A stretch of DNA of 63,934 bases, filler included, from Aduncisulcus paluster (GCA_024181965.1; 7 parts of 7 records of this genome joined end to end with filler, not necessarily neighbours in it); one strand, 5' to 3'; shown: positions 33,556-44,921, counted from the whole stretch's first letter. A program made the numbers and translations. The notes: generated by a model not told the origin, from the sequence alone.

Positions 33556-36500
33556 TTATGAGATTTCGTCCAAAGAGAACCCAAATCTACTCACAATTAA
33601 TTTTCGCAACAACTTCATTGTTGCTTTCAATTCGGCTGAATTCATTAACTTTTGGGCCATGGATTGATTCATGGAATCATAAGAACCTTCATGTATGGAA
33701 GAACATCTTGATTCAGATGATGATTCTTCCTCCTCCTCAGAATCTGATCCCTCGCCATCTACACTTGTTGTCTTCCCCTCTTGACTGGAGTCAGAATGGT
33801 GAGAATCTTGCTCTAACTGATCTTGCTCTTGATGTACACACATCTCCCATCTTTCTTGCATCTGGGACATTCGTATTTGAACAAGAGAAAGGATGCCACA
33901 ATCAACAGCGTGACATGCAGAAAGAGAGAGAAGAGGAATCAGATATATTTCATTATTTTGGATCTGGGATACGTCTTTATCGATATCTCCACTTATTGTA
34001 GCCAACTTAGAGCCAAAACATGTTGAAATGGATGGAGAAAAACATTCAACCCCATAGGTAGATTGAGAAACATAGCCTTGGGCCTGAGAAGCTTCTTGAA
34101 TAAGATTTTCGACGTCCTTTAATCGTCTAACAGGCTCAGTTCGTGCCTTTTCAGCTCTAATCCTATCCTTTTGTTCACGATGACGACGTTTCTCCTGCTC
34201 TTTCATCATCTTTGACATTGGACTTGAGCACCTTCTTTTCCCTCTTCCATTTCTTCCATCTCCAATCATAATAACACTCTCAATTCCTTTTATAAACATG
34301 GAGGAGGAAGTGAGTAAATGGGCCCGAGGACACTCAAGAACACTCCATCTAACTGTGGGAGGAAGCTCAAGCAAATCAGGAGAAATCAGAGCCATATCTG
34401 CAGGGTGGAGAGTGGGAAAATCTGAGAGAGAGGCAAGGAAGGTCTTCTCAGAAGGGGGAAGATCAGAGAGCACTTCATCTTTCACACTTCCACTCTGACT
34501 CTGAGAGAGAATGGAGGAGGCAGTCCCTGGAATGATGGAGGGAGAATGTGGATAATGGGATTGCGATGAAGAGCTGGTTCGAGAGAGAGTGCGAAAATCA
34601 AATAAACCAATAGAACGAGAAAGTTTATGGAAATCCCTTTTGTTCTGCCTCACCTTTCGTTTATGTCGAGAAGATTCCTTCTTATCCTTTTGCAAAGCAC
34701 TGAGAGATATATCAATAGATCTCAAATCAGATAGTTGACACCCACCAATGCCAATGCATTCAATCACACACTCTACAATATGCCTCGCCATTCGAATCAG
34801 TTCTCTTCTTTTCCCCACAGAGGCAAACACTTTCTTTGATGAGGAATGGGTCACAGGCTCTTCATTAACATACACTTTGCTCATCATCCTTGACTTCCTT
34901 GGATTCATTGTGGCAGATACATCAAGCTTCGTTCCAGATACCATGGAGAGACGCATTCGTTCAAACAGTTCACAAGCCACTTCTTCTGCATACATACCAA
35001 GAGAGTTTTCATCGCTTAAACGAACCCGACGAGTTCGTACAACTATCTTATTCCGAGCTTTGTCCCAATCAGAAGAATCTTTCCACGAATAATTGAGCTG
35101 TGAGAAGGACACACCTTGACATTCTTCATAAATTCTAAACCCTCGAATAACTCCACAAACAGATTGAAGCGTGTTCATTGACATGACGGATCGAAGAAAA
35201 GATATCGAGAGATCACTGTGAACATAATCAAGATTATGATCAATGTCTGCGCCAACATGATGATCTTCCTCAATTTGAGATCTTCTCAAAAGAAATTTTT
35301 GGATCATACCAAGGGAGTGTGCATCAAGGGTCGAGAGAAAAGTGATTGGAAACTCGCTAATTGTTGTGGCTAGTGTGGGAACAGAAGATATAATAAAAGT
35401 TCCACAACTCTGACGTCGAGCAACCATAGAAGCAGCACGGGCACCAAGAATACTCGGTCCAATACCAATATTAATGGGACTTGACATAAAGATTTGCATG
35501 GAAGTATCGTGATAAAAACGAGTTAAGATTCGATTAGAAATAGATCTGGCATCTCCAATTCCAGAGATATCGAGATACGCTTCAATACATGATATGGGTT
35601 GAATATTGGATGAAATCGAGGCTAAAATACGATAAAATATCATGCATATTGATCGAAGTTGAAGAAACAATTGTCGACATTGAACAAATATCACTGTTTG
35701 AGCATCGTCGGTGCGATTATCATTCTTACTATTATTATTTGAAGTTGTGAAATCGTCAGATCGTATTTTTGGATGCTCTGAGCCTGTCGCTGGACTTGAA
35801 CTTGGGGCATCGGGAAATAATTTAGATATAATGGGAAATATTTCATGTCTATTATCTTCATTCAAGTAATGGGAACAAATGTTTCGCTTCTTACATAGTT
35901 GCTGGAGTTGAACAAGATCCAATATCCCATTTGGACAGTCAATACTATCTATAACATCCTTTCCATCTCCAAATATAAGATGATTTGCTGCATCTGACAT
36001 TGAAATGGCATAGGTCAAAGATAACGAATCTTGTTGTCCTTTTGATTCAATTTCTTTTCCCTCCTTTTCCTGCTCTTCTTCTTCCTCCTTTTTCTGCTCT
36101 CGTTGGTGATATTGTTTAGCTTGAGAAGACTTGCAATGTGATTGGTCAAGCAATACAACATATGGACATTTATATAGAAAAGGGAAGATATTCTCAATGG
36201 CACAATTAAAGATATTTACGATAGAACAGTGTAAAATGGCTCTTTCAGCAAGAGTATGTGTATGATATGATATTTGGGAGGGGGTTGCATGAGTTTCACT
36301 AACTTCAATTGTACCATTGGACAACCATTGACCAATCTCATGTTCCCAAAATGGATGTGTGAGAAACTTCTGAATATCAAATTTTCCAAAATCTAAAGTT
36401 GGGGTGTGGGATTTAGTTATAGAGATATCCTCTTCTATTACACCACTATTGTCACTTATTTCGTCTATTTCTTTGCTTTTATCATCTTTTATATCTATTA

Positions 36501-37251
36501 TGGAATTATTATCTGCTTTTTTATGGCGTATATCATTTTCTTCTTCAGCCTCAATTTCATGTTCTTCCTTTCTCCCTTCCTCCTCGTCTTCCTCGTCTTC
36601 CTCGTCTTCCTCATCCTCTTCCTCCTCTTCTTCTTCCATAAACACTCCCCAGTTAGATTCCCAATCGCCACCCTCTTCATCTTCAGCTAATTCTTCATCC
36701 ATATATTGATTGGGTAAATCCACATCAAGACCAAGATCAACACGACGAGTTTGAGTAAATTGAGAGTAATGAAATTCAGATTCGTGATCAATGGTTCCAT
36801 TTTGGGATAGTTTTAAACCTTCTGCTCGGATTGATGGCTTGGTTTGGGATTTCAATGCTTTACCGGAGATTGATTGAGATTGAGAAATAAAATATGGTAA
36901 TTCTTCATCATGAATGGATTCTTTTATATCTATACCTGAATTTAGATCCGGTTTCGATAATAAAATGCTTTCGGTTTCAAGAAGTGAATGAATCTTTGAT
37001 ATGGCTTGAGAATGTGGAGAAGATAAAATAGAAGAATTAAAATGAGTCAATAAGTGAGTTTCGTGAAAGACTGGTTTGTCAAAATCAATGGGTTTGGGTG
37101 GATTTGAAGGCGAAGAACTAGAAATACATTCCCAGTTACCAAGCTCACTTGGCAACAAAGAGGTTTTTTCTCCAGTGAATAAAGACAACATTTCCGTGAA
37201 ATTAGATGTTTTTGAGGACATATTGTTTCGTAATATGCAAGAAATAGACAT
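33556..37251 (-). CDS. REV1-like Y-family DNA polymerase homologue, catalytic motifs degenerate
   Basis: ILHCSIVNIFNCA (cf. IMHVDMDCFF), IQPISCIEAYLDISG (cf. IEAVSCDEA.VD), INIGIGPSILGARAASMVAR (cf. SVGIGSNILLARMATRKAK), little-finger-like region, UBM-like ISPDLLELPPTVRWSVL. Confidence 0.7.
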   Translation of the reverse strand: MSISCILRNNMSSKTSNFTEMLSLFTGEKTSLLPSELGNWECISSSSPSNPPKPIDFDKPVFHETHLLTHFNSSILSSPHSQAISKIHSLLETESILLSKPDLNSGIDIKESIHDEELPYFISQSQSISGKALKSQTKPSIRAEGLKLSQNGTIDHESEFHYSQFTQTRRVDLGLDVDLPNQYMDEELAEDEEGGDWESNWGVFMEEEEEEEDEEDEEDEEDEEEGRKEEHEIEAEEENDIRHKKADNNSIIDIKDDKSKEIDEISDNSGVIEEDISITKSHTPTLDFGKFDIQKFLTHPFWEHEIGQWLSNGTIEVSETHATPSQISYHTHTLAERAILHCSIVNIFNCAIENIFPFLYKCPYVVLLDQSHCKSSQAKQYHQREQKKEEEEEQEKEGKEIESKGQQDSLSLTYAISMSDAANHLIFGDGKDVIDSIDCPNGILDLVQLQQLCKKRNICSHYLNEDNRHEIFPIISKLFPDAPSSSPATGSEHPKIRSDDFTTSNNNSKNDNRTDDAQTVIFVQCRQLFLQLRSICMIFYRILASISSNIQPISCIEAYLDISGIGDARSISNRILTRFYHDTSMQIFMSSPINIGIGPSILGARAASMVARRQSCGTFIISSVPTLATTISEFPITFLSTLDAHSLGMIQKFLLRRSQIEEDHHVGADIDHNLDYVHSDLSISFLRSVMSMNTLQSVCGVIRGFRIYEECQGVSFSQLNYSWKDSSDWDKARNKIVVRTRRVRLSDENSLGMYAEEVACELFERMRLSMVSGTKLDVSATMNPRKSRMMSKVYVNEEPVTHSSSKKVFASVGKRRELIRMARHIVECVIECIGIGGCQLSDLRSIDISLSALQKDKKESSRHKRKVRQNKRDFHKLSRSIGLFDFRTLSRTSSSSQSHYPHSPSIIPGTASSILSQSQSGSVKDEVLSDLPPSEKTFLASLSDFPTLHPADMALISPDLLELPPTVRWSVLECPRAHLLTSSSMFIKGIESVIMIGDGRNGRGKRRCSSPMSKMMKEQEKRRHREQKDRIRAEKARTEPVRRLKDVENLIQEASQAQGYVSQSTYGVECFSPSISTCFGSKLATISGDIDKDVSQIQNNEIYLIPLLSLSACHAVDCGILSLVQIRMSQMQERWEMCVHQEQDQLEQDSHHSDSSQEGKTTSVDGEGSDSEEEEESSSESRCSSIHEGSYDSMNQSMAQKLMNSAELKATMKLLRKLIVSRFGFSLDEIS

Positions 37252-37414
37252 TTTCTATTCTTTTTTGATATGTAACATGATTAAGATAAAATTGTTTTCA
37301 CAAAAATTATAAATTTCTAACTAAATTTACTATTTCTTTCTTGTTGATTGTGGATAAGGGTTTTTTAGCCCTCCACACATCAAAACAAATCCAAGTTGAA
37401 CTTGACAGGAAATT

Positions 37415-37464
37415 TTTTTTTTCGTTTAGGAGGTATTACATTTTTTTTCGTTTAGGAGGTATTA
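37415..37464. repeat. 24-bp direct repeat (TTTTTTTTCGTTTAGGAGGTATTA x2, period 26) in a divergent promoter
   Basis: Copies at 37415-37438 and 37441-37464. Confidence 0.9.
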
Positions 37465-37507
37465 TCCTTTTATCTATCTATAGTTATTATTGAACCTTTA
37501 TTTCACC

Positions 37508-38142
37508 ATGCAGATCTTTTTACCACTTATCCGTCTTTCACATGCACAATTAGTTGAACTTAGTAAGGATAAAAAGAAACTTCATAGTGTGTTATCGGAA
37601 TTATTTCGTGAATCCTTATCAACTATTGATTCAAAACGGTTGGGCAAACAAAGAATAGAAGCTCGACAGATTCGAGATTGTGTTCTTAGAATGAATGAAA
37701 TTGAAACGAACCCCAGTCTTATATTGATATTCATCAAATCACAGATCTTAGATCTCTTAAAGAAAGTTGCCAAAATGAATCAATCTGTTTTTGAACCTTT
37801 TGTATTTAAATTTGAGTATTTTACGGAACATTTGAAACAAATTAAAGTGACTTTTTTTGGCAATATTGGCGAAAGTACCGAAAGACATTCTGGACGACCA
37901 TCGAAAAGGAGAGGAAAGGGAGTCACTGATCATGATACAACTGAGAAGAAGAAAATGACACAAACATTCATTAACAGTTTCTCAAATCTTGTTATTTCTG
38001 CCGATTTATATTGTAAAATAATGGAATGGAAATCAGGCCCGAAAACATCCAAATGTGAGTTTCTTCTGAACGAATGGAGAAAGTTGCCTTTCCCAATTAA
38101 GAAAGAATTTGGTATTTCATGGTGTGCACATCCTATTATTCA
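37508..38142 (+). CDS. Hypothetical protein (3'-partial)
   Basis: ATG in CACCATG context; frame is open into the linker; no recognised motif. Confidence 0.6.
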
Positions 38143-38242
38143 NNNNNNNNNNNNNNNNNNNNNNNNNNNNNNNNNNNNNNNNNNNNTTAATTAATTAANN
38201 NNNNNNNNNNNNNNNNNNNNNNNNNNNNNNNNNNNNNNNNNN
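38143..38242. other. Artificial contig linker
   Basis: N44-TTAATTAATTAA-N44. Confidence 0.99.
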
Positions 38243-39221
38243 CAAGTGCCACGACAGAATCCAGGCCTGGATTGCCCATATTGTGCAATTTATGGCAGTG
38301 GCTGAAATAGGCAGAAAAAGGTCTTCTGCCGTGAGTGTAACGATGCCATATTCACCTCTATTGGCGACCACATTCCATCAATTCCAGCAATCTTCACAAT
38401 CTCTCTCCTCTCTTCATCTCAACGCTAGAAGATCCCTCGTGCAAGTCTTGGGCACCCTGTTCAATATGTTCGGTGTATCCAAGTGTTTAGAAGGCTACAA
38501 GAAGAAGATTGAGATCCTTGAGTCATTGCATACTCCGACAACAATCGCCATTTCATCCCCTTCTCTCTCATCTTCCACTTCTTCTTCATCCTCTTCCCTT
38601 CATGCTCTCACAACATCCTCCTCTTCCGTCTCTTCCTCCTCTTCCTCCTCTTTTCCTGTTCCCTCCCATTCTTGTTCTCTATTCACATCTCTTGCAGACC
38701 TCTTGGAATGCCAGACACAACTCAGTGGTGCCGAAGAACATCAGGGCAGTGAAGGCGGTGGATCTGTATCATCCTCGGCTGAGCTTGTACGCCTTCTCAA
38801 GAAATTGTCAGGTGTTCTTCGTGTGTTCTTGTCCAATTTAACCTCTCATCTCGTGTGTGGATGCATAATGTCCGAGTGTGAGCGTTCATCGATTGATACT
38901 GTAAAAGTGGAGATTCAGTCGTCAGTAAGGAAAAGCTTCGTTCCTTCGATGATTTCTTTTGCTACAATGTGGAAAGATGAGATGAAACATGTGTCCATTG
39001 CTGAGGGGAGTGTGCAAAGATCAAGGGGAAAGCCAAGTGGGGGTTCTAGTGGTTCCGGTGGGAGACAAACTCTTGGAGATGGTGCCGGAGAAAAGAAAGA
39101 TGAACAAAGTGGAAGGACAACTCCGAAGAAAACACTGTCAAAAACTCTCCTTAAGGATAGACTTCGCCAGAAGTTGAAGAAGAAACCCTCTTCTATGGTT
39201 ATCCAAGAAGGAGGATCTTAA
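38243..39221 (+). CDS. Hypothetical Ser-rich protein, C-terminal part (5'-partial)
   Basis: Frame is open from the contig edge; helical segments with poly-Ser inserts. Confidence 0.65.
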
Positions 39222-39950
39222 ATTAGATTGGTGGAATATCTTGATTCATTTCAAATGATTTATTACATTAAAGAATAATATATTACAGTCATATATAAAC
39301 ACCATTGATTTCTGACCATGCGGAAAATGGAGCAGTGCAATGATTTACGACTCTATTTTTAGTTCTAGTGAGAAAGAATTATTTTTAGAAAATGGTGAAT
39401 ATTATTAAATCTAAAAGCTATTATAAAATAACAATTGCTTGAGCCAGAATTAATCCACCGAGAATTGCATTTTCTTTTGAAGCGTTTATTTTTATTTTTT
39501 AAACTTTTTTTATTATTATTATTTATCTCCTGTCTACCCGCTCACAACTATAATACTATCATAATTATTAATTATATATAAATAAGTTTAAAGTTACCTC
39601 ACGAACCTGACAGGAACACAACTTCCTTTGAATCGCTTTAGTAAAGTTTGACTTTGAGCTATAGATTCAAGGAACTGGAAAGGCTGTTAAATACCTAAAG
39701 AGAGAAGAAAGAACTTCAAATAAAATGAAAGAGACGATAATATTTGAGGAAATAGAAGCGAAATACATGATAACATGCTAACATGTGATATGAATTGATA
39801 CCGACAAATGAACTAGGACAACATATAACATCGATAATCGACAAAACGACAGATTAATGATACATAATATTATCAAAAAAAGATCAATCAGAAAAGCGTT
39901 AATGGAAACGAGAAGGAAACGAGAGGTTGACCGACAAAATGCCATCATTT

Positions 39951-41489
39951 TCACACCTTAACCTCCTGTTTGGTCTCAACCATCTCAATAGGATCCGTAT
40001 CCTCATCGTTGATGATGACAGTCTCACGGATCTTCTTTTTAATGTCACGAACCATAACGAACAGCACAGGAATACTGAGAAGAGTGGTGCAAATAAAGGC
40101 AGCAGGACCGACATAGAAGACTCCTTCCACACCAAGGGAGGATTTGGGGAATAAAATGGCAAAAGCAACGGAGAAAATAGGCTGAGAAATCCCAAGAGCA
40201 AGAGAAACGGCAATCTTATGCTGAACTTGGTAGTAACCCATAATGAGAGCTGGGAAAGCATACAACCACACACCAGACACACTTATACGAAGACATTTAG
40301 GAGCAACTTCAAGGAAATCAGGTTCGGTTCCAAAGGCTTTGCTTATGGGAACACCCAATATTTCGACGGCAATAATGAGACCACCACCAATAAGAATCAT
40401 GGCAGCAAAAGCATACTTCAGAGCTTTGTATACTCTATCATACCGGTTTCTACCGATATTGTAACCGATCAATGGAATAAAACCAAGGTTAATACCCATG
40501 GCAGGCATGACAACCAGAGAAGACAAACGGGCCATGGCACCCATCACAGCTTGATAGGTAACAATCCCCTGAAAGTCAAGGAATTTCTTGAAAGATCTGT
40601 TAAAAATAACGACAGCAACTTGGTTTCCAATGGAAGCAAAGAATTGTCCAAGACCAAGAGAGCAAATCTTACCAATCATGGGCCAATCAATGGAACTGAA
40701 TGCCTCTTTCCAAGCCAAGTTAACAGTAGCTCCACTCCTCTTTGGGAAGAAATAGAACCATATCATATAAATACCAACGACCATCTGGGAGGACACAGTG
40801 GAAATGGCCGCACCCTGAGTTCCAAGATTAAGAGCAAAGATAAGAATAGGGTCGAAGATAATGTTTAAGACCGAGGAGAAAATTTGGCGCCACATACTCA
40901 AGGTAGCCTTGTTTTCAACACGGAGCATAGGCCCCATGGCAGCAGTCAAACCATAACCAATTGGACCGGCACTCATGATTAACCCATATTGCTTTGCTCT
41001 TTCCATCGTATATTCATTGGCACCCAAGAATTCCAAGATCGGCTCCAATAGAGGAATGAAAATGGCAGGGAGGAGACAGTTTAATAATACTAGGAGAGAA
41101 ATGAAGTAAGTCAAGGCCTTATTGGCAGAGACAAAATCTCCTTTTCCAAGGGCAGGAGATATCACTGAACTTGCGCCAAATCCAAGAGATACATTCAAAG
41201 ACATGAAAACACCAATTTCCACAACCATAAATAGACTTACAGCAGCAAGATCAAGACTTGAAGACCGACCCAAATACATGGAATCCACAACGTTATAAAT
41301 GGCATTTAATCCCATGGAAATGATTGAAGGAATTGAAAGAGTCATCAATGTTTTAAAGATCTCATCTGAAGCAAGCATATAATGCCTTTTGGATTCAGCC
41401 TCAATCTTTGCCTTCTTTTTTGAAGAGTCTTTCCGACAACAAGTTTGAGGAGCTATTTCAGCTTCAACAACGTCGATGTTACCTCCCAT
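39951..41489 (-). CDS. MATE-family efflux transporter (MepA-like)
   Basis: LSIPSIISMGLNAIYNVVDSMYLG, LNIIFDPILIFALNLGTQGAAISTVSSQ, PLIGYNIGRNRYDRV; about 12 hydrophobic helices. Confidence 0.92.
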   Translation of the reverse strand: MGGNIDVVEAEIAPQTCCRKDSSKKKAKIEAESKRHYMLASDEIFKTLMTLSIPSIISMGLNAIYNVVDSMYLGRSSSLDLAAVSLFMVVEIGVFMSLNVSLGFGASSVISPALGKGDFVSANKALTYFISLLVLLNCLLPAIFIPLLEPILEFLGANEYTMERAKQYGLIMSAGPIGYGLTAAMGPMLRVENKATLSMWRQIFSSVLNIIFDPILIFALNLGTQGAAISTVSSQMVVGIYMIWFYFFPKRSGATVNLAWKEAFSSIDWPMIGKICSLGLGQFFASIGNQVAVVIFNRSFKKFLDFQGIVTYQAVMGAMARLSSLVVMPAMGINLGFIPLIGYNIGRNRYDRVYKALKYAFAAMILIGGGLIIAVEILGVPISKAFGTEPDFLEVAPKCLRISVSGVWLYAFPALIMGYYQVQHKIAVSLALGISQPIFSVAFAILFPKSSLGVEGVFYVGPAAFICTTLLSIPVLFVMVRDIKKKIRETVIINDEDTDPIEMVETKQEVKV

Positions 41490-41623
41490 TGCAACCAAAA
41501 TTCGAAGATATCGATTGATTGATATCACTGAGTTCGAGCGACTCTTTCGGTTTTTACCGGCGGAATGTTAACGAAACCTGTAGATATCAATCTCAACCTG
41601 ACTTTTGATTCCAAACAACACAT

Positions 41624-42490
41624 ATGGACACTCCATCTATCGTTTCACTTATTTTTTCCATTATTGGAACGATTGGGATGCTTCTTTTCACATATTGTTT
41701 CAAGTTCATCCAATTCACTCCCCTAAAGGTGTTTCTCATAGTCTCTTATATATACTTACTTGGTCCTAGTTATGTCTGGGCCTTTCATAATAATCTCGCC
41801 GAAGTCACAACGTCCGATCACGCATGGATTTCTTGGATGATTTGTGGGAGTTGGTTAGCAGCCACAGTATCCTTGAGTGAAATCTCATTTTACATTTTAA
41901 AGAACTCAATTTTTGAAATTCTATCGCCAACTAAAAATTTTGCTGTCGATCTCTTGTATTCCCCTCTAATCACCGTCCCTGGAGATATCCTCTGGTTTTC
42001 AGCCATTCTTTTCTCACTCATCCCAATTTGTTTTGCATTATTAGGTGATTGGATTGGCACACAAAAAATCTATTACGGATTTACAATTGTTAAAGATGCA
42101 TGCAACGCCTCCTTGTTTACTGCTGTAATCTCAGGTATTCTTGGATTATTTAGTATTATGGATGTTGGTTCTTTCATTTTTAAATTGAAAAAAGGAAAGC
42201 CCACCCATCCTGATCGAGTAACTTCACGATTCAAAGTATCCGTATGGTTCTTCCTTATTTTCAATTTTATTTATAATATTATCATTTGCATTGCCAGTAG
42301 TTTTCGATATGCGGCTGGTGATGATGCTGATAGTCCCGATTTGAATGTGGAACACGTCTCTTTCATCATTTTATCGATATTACCAATAGTTTATATGTTT
42401 GTCTTTACATTCCTTAGTGTTAATGCTTCTTCTTATCACACTAATTCGCAATCATCGCCCTCAACTCATTTGTTGTCACAAGAATCCTAG
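41624..42490 (+). CDS. Hypothetical multi-pass membrane protein (~7 TM)
   Basis: About seven hydrophobic stretches in 288 aa; no family motif recognised. Confidence 0.7.
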   Translation: MDTPSIVSLIFSIIGTIGMLLFTYCFKFIQFTPLKVFLIVSYIYLLGPSYVWAFHNNLAEVTTSDHAWISWMICGSWLAATVSLSEISFYILKNSIFEILSPTKNFAVDLLYSPLITVPGDILWFSAILFSLIPICFALLGDWIGTQKIYYGFTIVKDACNASLFTAVISGILGLFSIMDVGSFIFKLKKGKPTHPDRVTSRFKVSVWFFLIFNFIYNIIICIASSFRYAAGDDADSPDLNVEHVSFIILSILPIVYMFVFTFLSVNASSYHTNSQSSPSTHLLSQES

Positions 42491-43265
42491 AATCTGATTT
42501 CTTGGAATCTCTACTGAAACACTGTTTTAAATAAATCGAGGTTCATAATTTATTACTACAAGCGTATTTTTATTTGTTTGTTTTGATTTCAATTACAGTC
42601 GGCACCGCTGGTTGGAAGTTCCACTTCACCATTCAAAAAAAGGTTTTTTCTGGTTGAATGATAGCATAATAATATTGTGGGTATTCAAATGATGTGTAAA
42701 TTATAAGTGTCATCTGTATTTGGGAGTGATTTAGATTGTATCATCAAATAATATATTCAACTAATAATATAAGACAATGTTCTGATTCGGTTCTATCCAT
42801 CAATGTAGATTCAATTGAATCTAGTTCAATGGATCCATAGATAAATTCTCTTTATATGATTTATTTTGATATTCTTATTATTATTTTCTCTTCCATATCC
42901 ATGTTTCTAAAGTCTAAACGGTAGAACTGCTGGAGAGTAATTATTGGTGTCTAGGAAGACAAAACAGTTATACTTTGGATAAAAGAAGAGAATTCATCAA
43001 ATAATGATGAAAGAAGGAAATAGATGCAAAAAAAAAAAAAAAGTTGAAAAAAAACAAGGCAAAAGAAAAAAGAGAGAGCAATTTCCAGCAATCTAAAGAA
43101 TGAGGATAAAAATTGACAAGGAATAGTTATAGTAACTATTATGAGATCGAACTAGTAAATGAAATTGTTAAGAATTAAGAAATATAATAAAATTTTTTTA
43201 AAGGAACGTGAAAAATTTCTTCATGATTTTGATTTTAAATCTTAGATTTTCTTCCTTGTTATTTT

Positions 43266-44921
43266 TCAATCGTCTTCCTGACTTGAGTCCAAAAGTCTTG
43301 ATTTTTCAGTCAATAATCTCTTTTTGTCGGCGAAGTATTTCCTTGCATTGATCTCAAGGAACTTTGTGCCGATTCTAGGCTTATTCCCAGGCTTGTACTC
43401 GGGATGTCCCTTTAAATGAACTTCGTGAGGTGAGTGTGGACTCATCAATAGACACAAGAGAGAGAGGAGAGCAATGATACCCATAACAATGTAAGTAACC
43501 ATACTCGCCTGCTCAAAGTCAGCCGCGGGGATCTTGTCAAGATCAGAGGGATCATCGCCCATGGCTTCAAGAGCGAGATCTTGAACACAAATGGCAATAC
43601 TGGTACCAGCTGCATATCCCATCTCTCTGAATGTGCTCACGAGACCACTGGCAACACCTCTTAGATTGACAGGAGCGGATCCAAGGACGTACCCAGTGTT
43701 AACGGTCTGGAATGATCCCAAGAACATGGCAACGAAGCACAGCATCGCTGCAATCAACCAAGCATTGATCTTTGTCACAGCCGCCATCAAGAAGAGGAAC
43801 AGCCCTTGTCCAAGCACACTTACTAGCTTTTCATAGAAAGCAATGTACTTCTTCATGAAGATTCCACACACAACACTGCCCAGAATGAGGAATATACTCA
43901 TGGGGATGTAGCAGAGACCAATCTCAGTGGTTGTGAAGTTATACGAGTGCTGCATGAGCTGTGGAACCTGGTATATACAACAGGCTTGTGCAGCAAAAGT
44001 AATAAAGGCACCTACGAGAGAAGACATACAGGGCTTGAAGAGTAAAAGTGGAATGGGCAAGATAGGGAATTCTTGATAGTATTCCCAGACAATAGTCCCG
44101 GCCAGAGAAGCACACCCAATGAGGAAAATCAGAATACCAAGCCAAATAGAGTTTTCAAGCCAACTGATACCAAAAACAACAATGACAAGAGACACAAAAA
44201 GGAAAACCGCACCAACAATATCAAATTTTGCCTCTTTTATCTTCTTAACAGGAGGCAAATAGACCCATCCAAGGATGAGCCATATGATACCAAGTGGCAG
44301 GTTTATAAAGAAACACCACTCCCAACCAATGTATTGTGCAAATATTCCTCCTAATACAGGTCCAATAGCAGTGGCAATAGACATAAAAAGAGTCGCTAAT
44401 ACTTGGCAAGAGGGCAAGGAATCATGGCGAGAAAAATGGATCATCAAAGACATATTATTCGTGATTAACAAAGATGCAGCAAGACCTTGAAAAGCTCTCA
44501 TTGCAGCCATGAATGGAATTCCATAAGGACTCGGCACCCAACGCCCAATTCCACAAAAGGCACTAAATATGATAAAAAAGAACATTCCAATACGGTGAAC
44601 AATCACTGTACCATATCTATCTCCAATTTTACCAGCAATTGTGCTTCCTGCACTCAAAGCTAAGTTATAAGTGAGAGTAATCCATTCAGTTGAGCTTTCA
44701 TCAACACCAAATGTCTTTCCAATATCATAAAGGCAAACCGAAATAATACTGAGATCCATTGCAGAAAGGATTAAAGACCCTGCAAGCACAGTCATGAGTA
44801 ATCCAGCTTGCATATGATTTTTCAAATATACGATTCCTGTTTCGGGATCAATTTCCTTATCACCAATGAATTCTTCTTCTTCACCCAAGCGTGGATCTAA
44901 ATCATCAGCTAATTTTACCAT
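43266..44921 (-). CDS. MFS drug:H+ antiporter, DHA2 (EmrB/QacA-like, 14 TM)
   Basis: LSAMDLSIISVCL (motif D1), GKIGDRYG (motif A), RAFQG (motif B), AIGPVLGGIF (motif C), WEWCFFINLPLG (motif H), FDIVGAVFL. Confidence 0.92.
   Translation of the reverse strand: MVKLADDLDPRLGEEEEFIGDKEIDPETGIVYLKNHMQAGLLMTVLAGSLILSAMDLSIISVCLYDIGKTFGVDESSTEWITLTYNLALSAGSTIAGKIGDRYGTVIVHRIGMFFFIIFSAFCGIGRWVPSPYGIPFMAAMRAFQGLAASLLITNNMSLMIHFSRHDSLPSCQVLATLFMSIATAIGPVLGGIFAQYIGWEWCFFINLPLGIIWLILGWVYLPPVKKIKEAKFDIVGAVFLFVSLVIVVFGISWLENSIWLGILIFLIGCASLAGTIVWEYYQEFPILPIPLLLFKPCMSSLVGAFITFAAQACCIYQVPQLMQHSYNFTTTEIGLCYIPMSIFLILGSVVCGIFMKKYIAFYEKLVSVLGQGLFLFLMAAVTKINAWLIAAMLCFVAMFLGSFQTVNTGYVLGSAPVNLRGVASGLVSTFREMGYAAGTSIAICVQDLALEAMGDDPSDLDKIPAADFEQASMVTYIVMGIIALLSLLCLLMSPHSPHEVHLKGHPEYKPGNKPRIGTKFLEINARKYFADKKRLLTEKSRLLDSSQEDD

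Noticed and set aside
37428-37460. AGGAGGT Shine-Dalgarno sites
   Set aside because: Eukaryotic context and no start codon at a suitable spacing.
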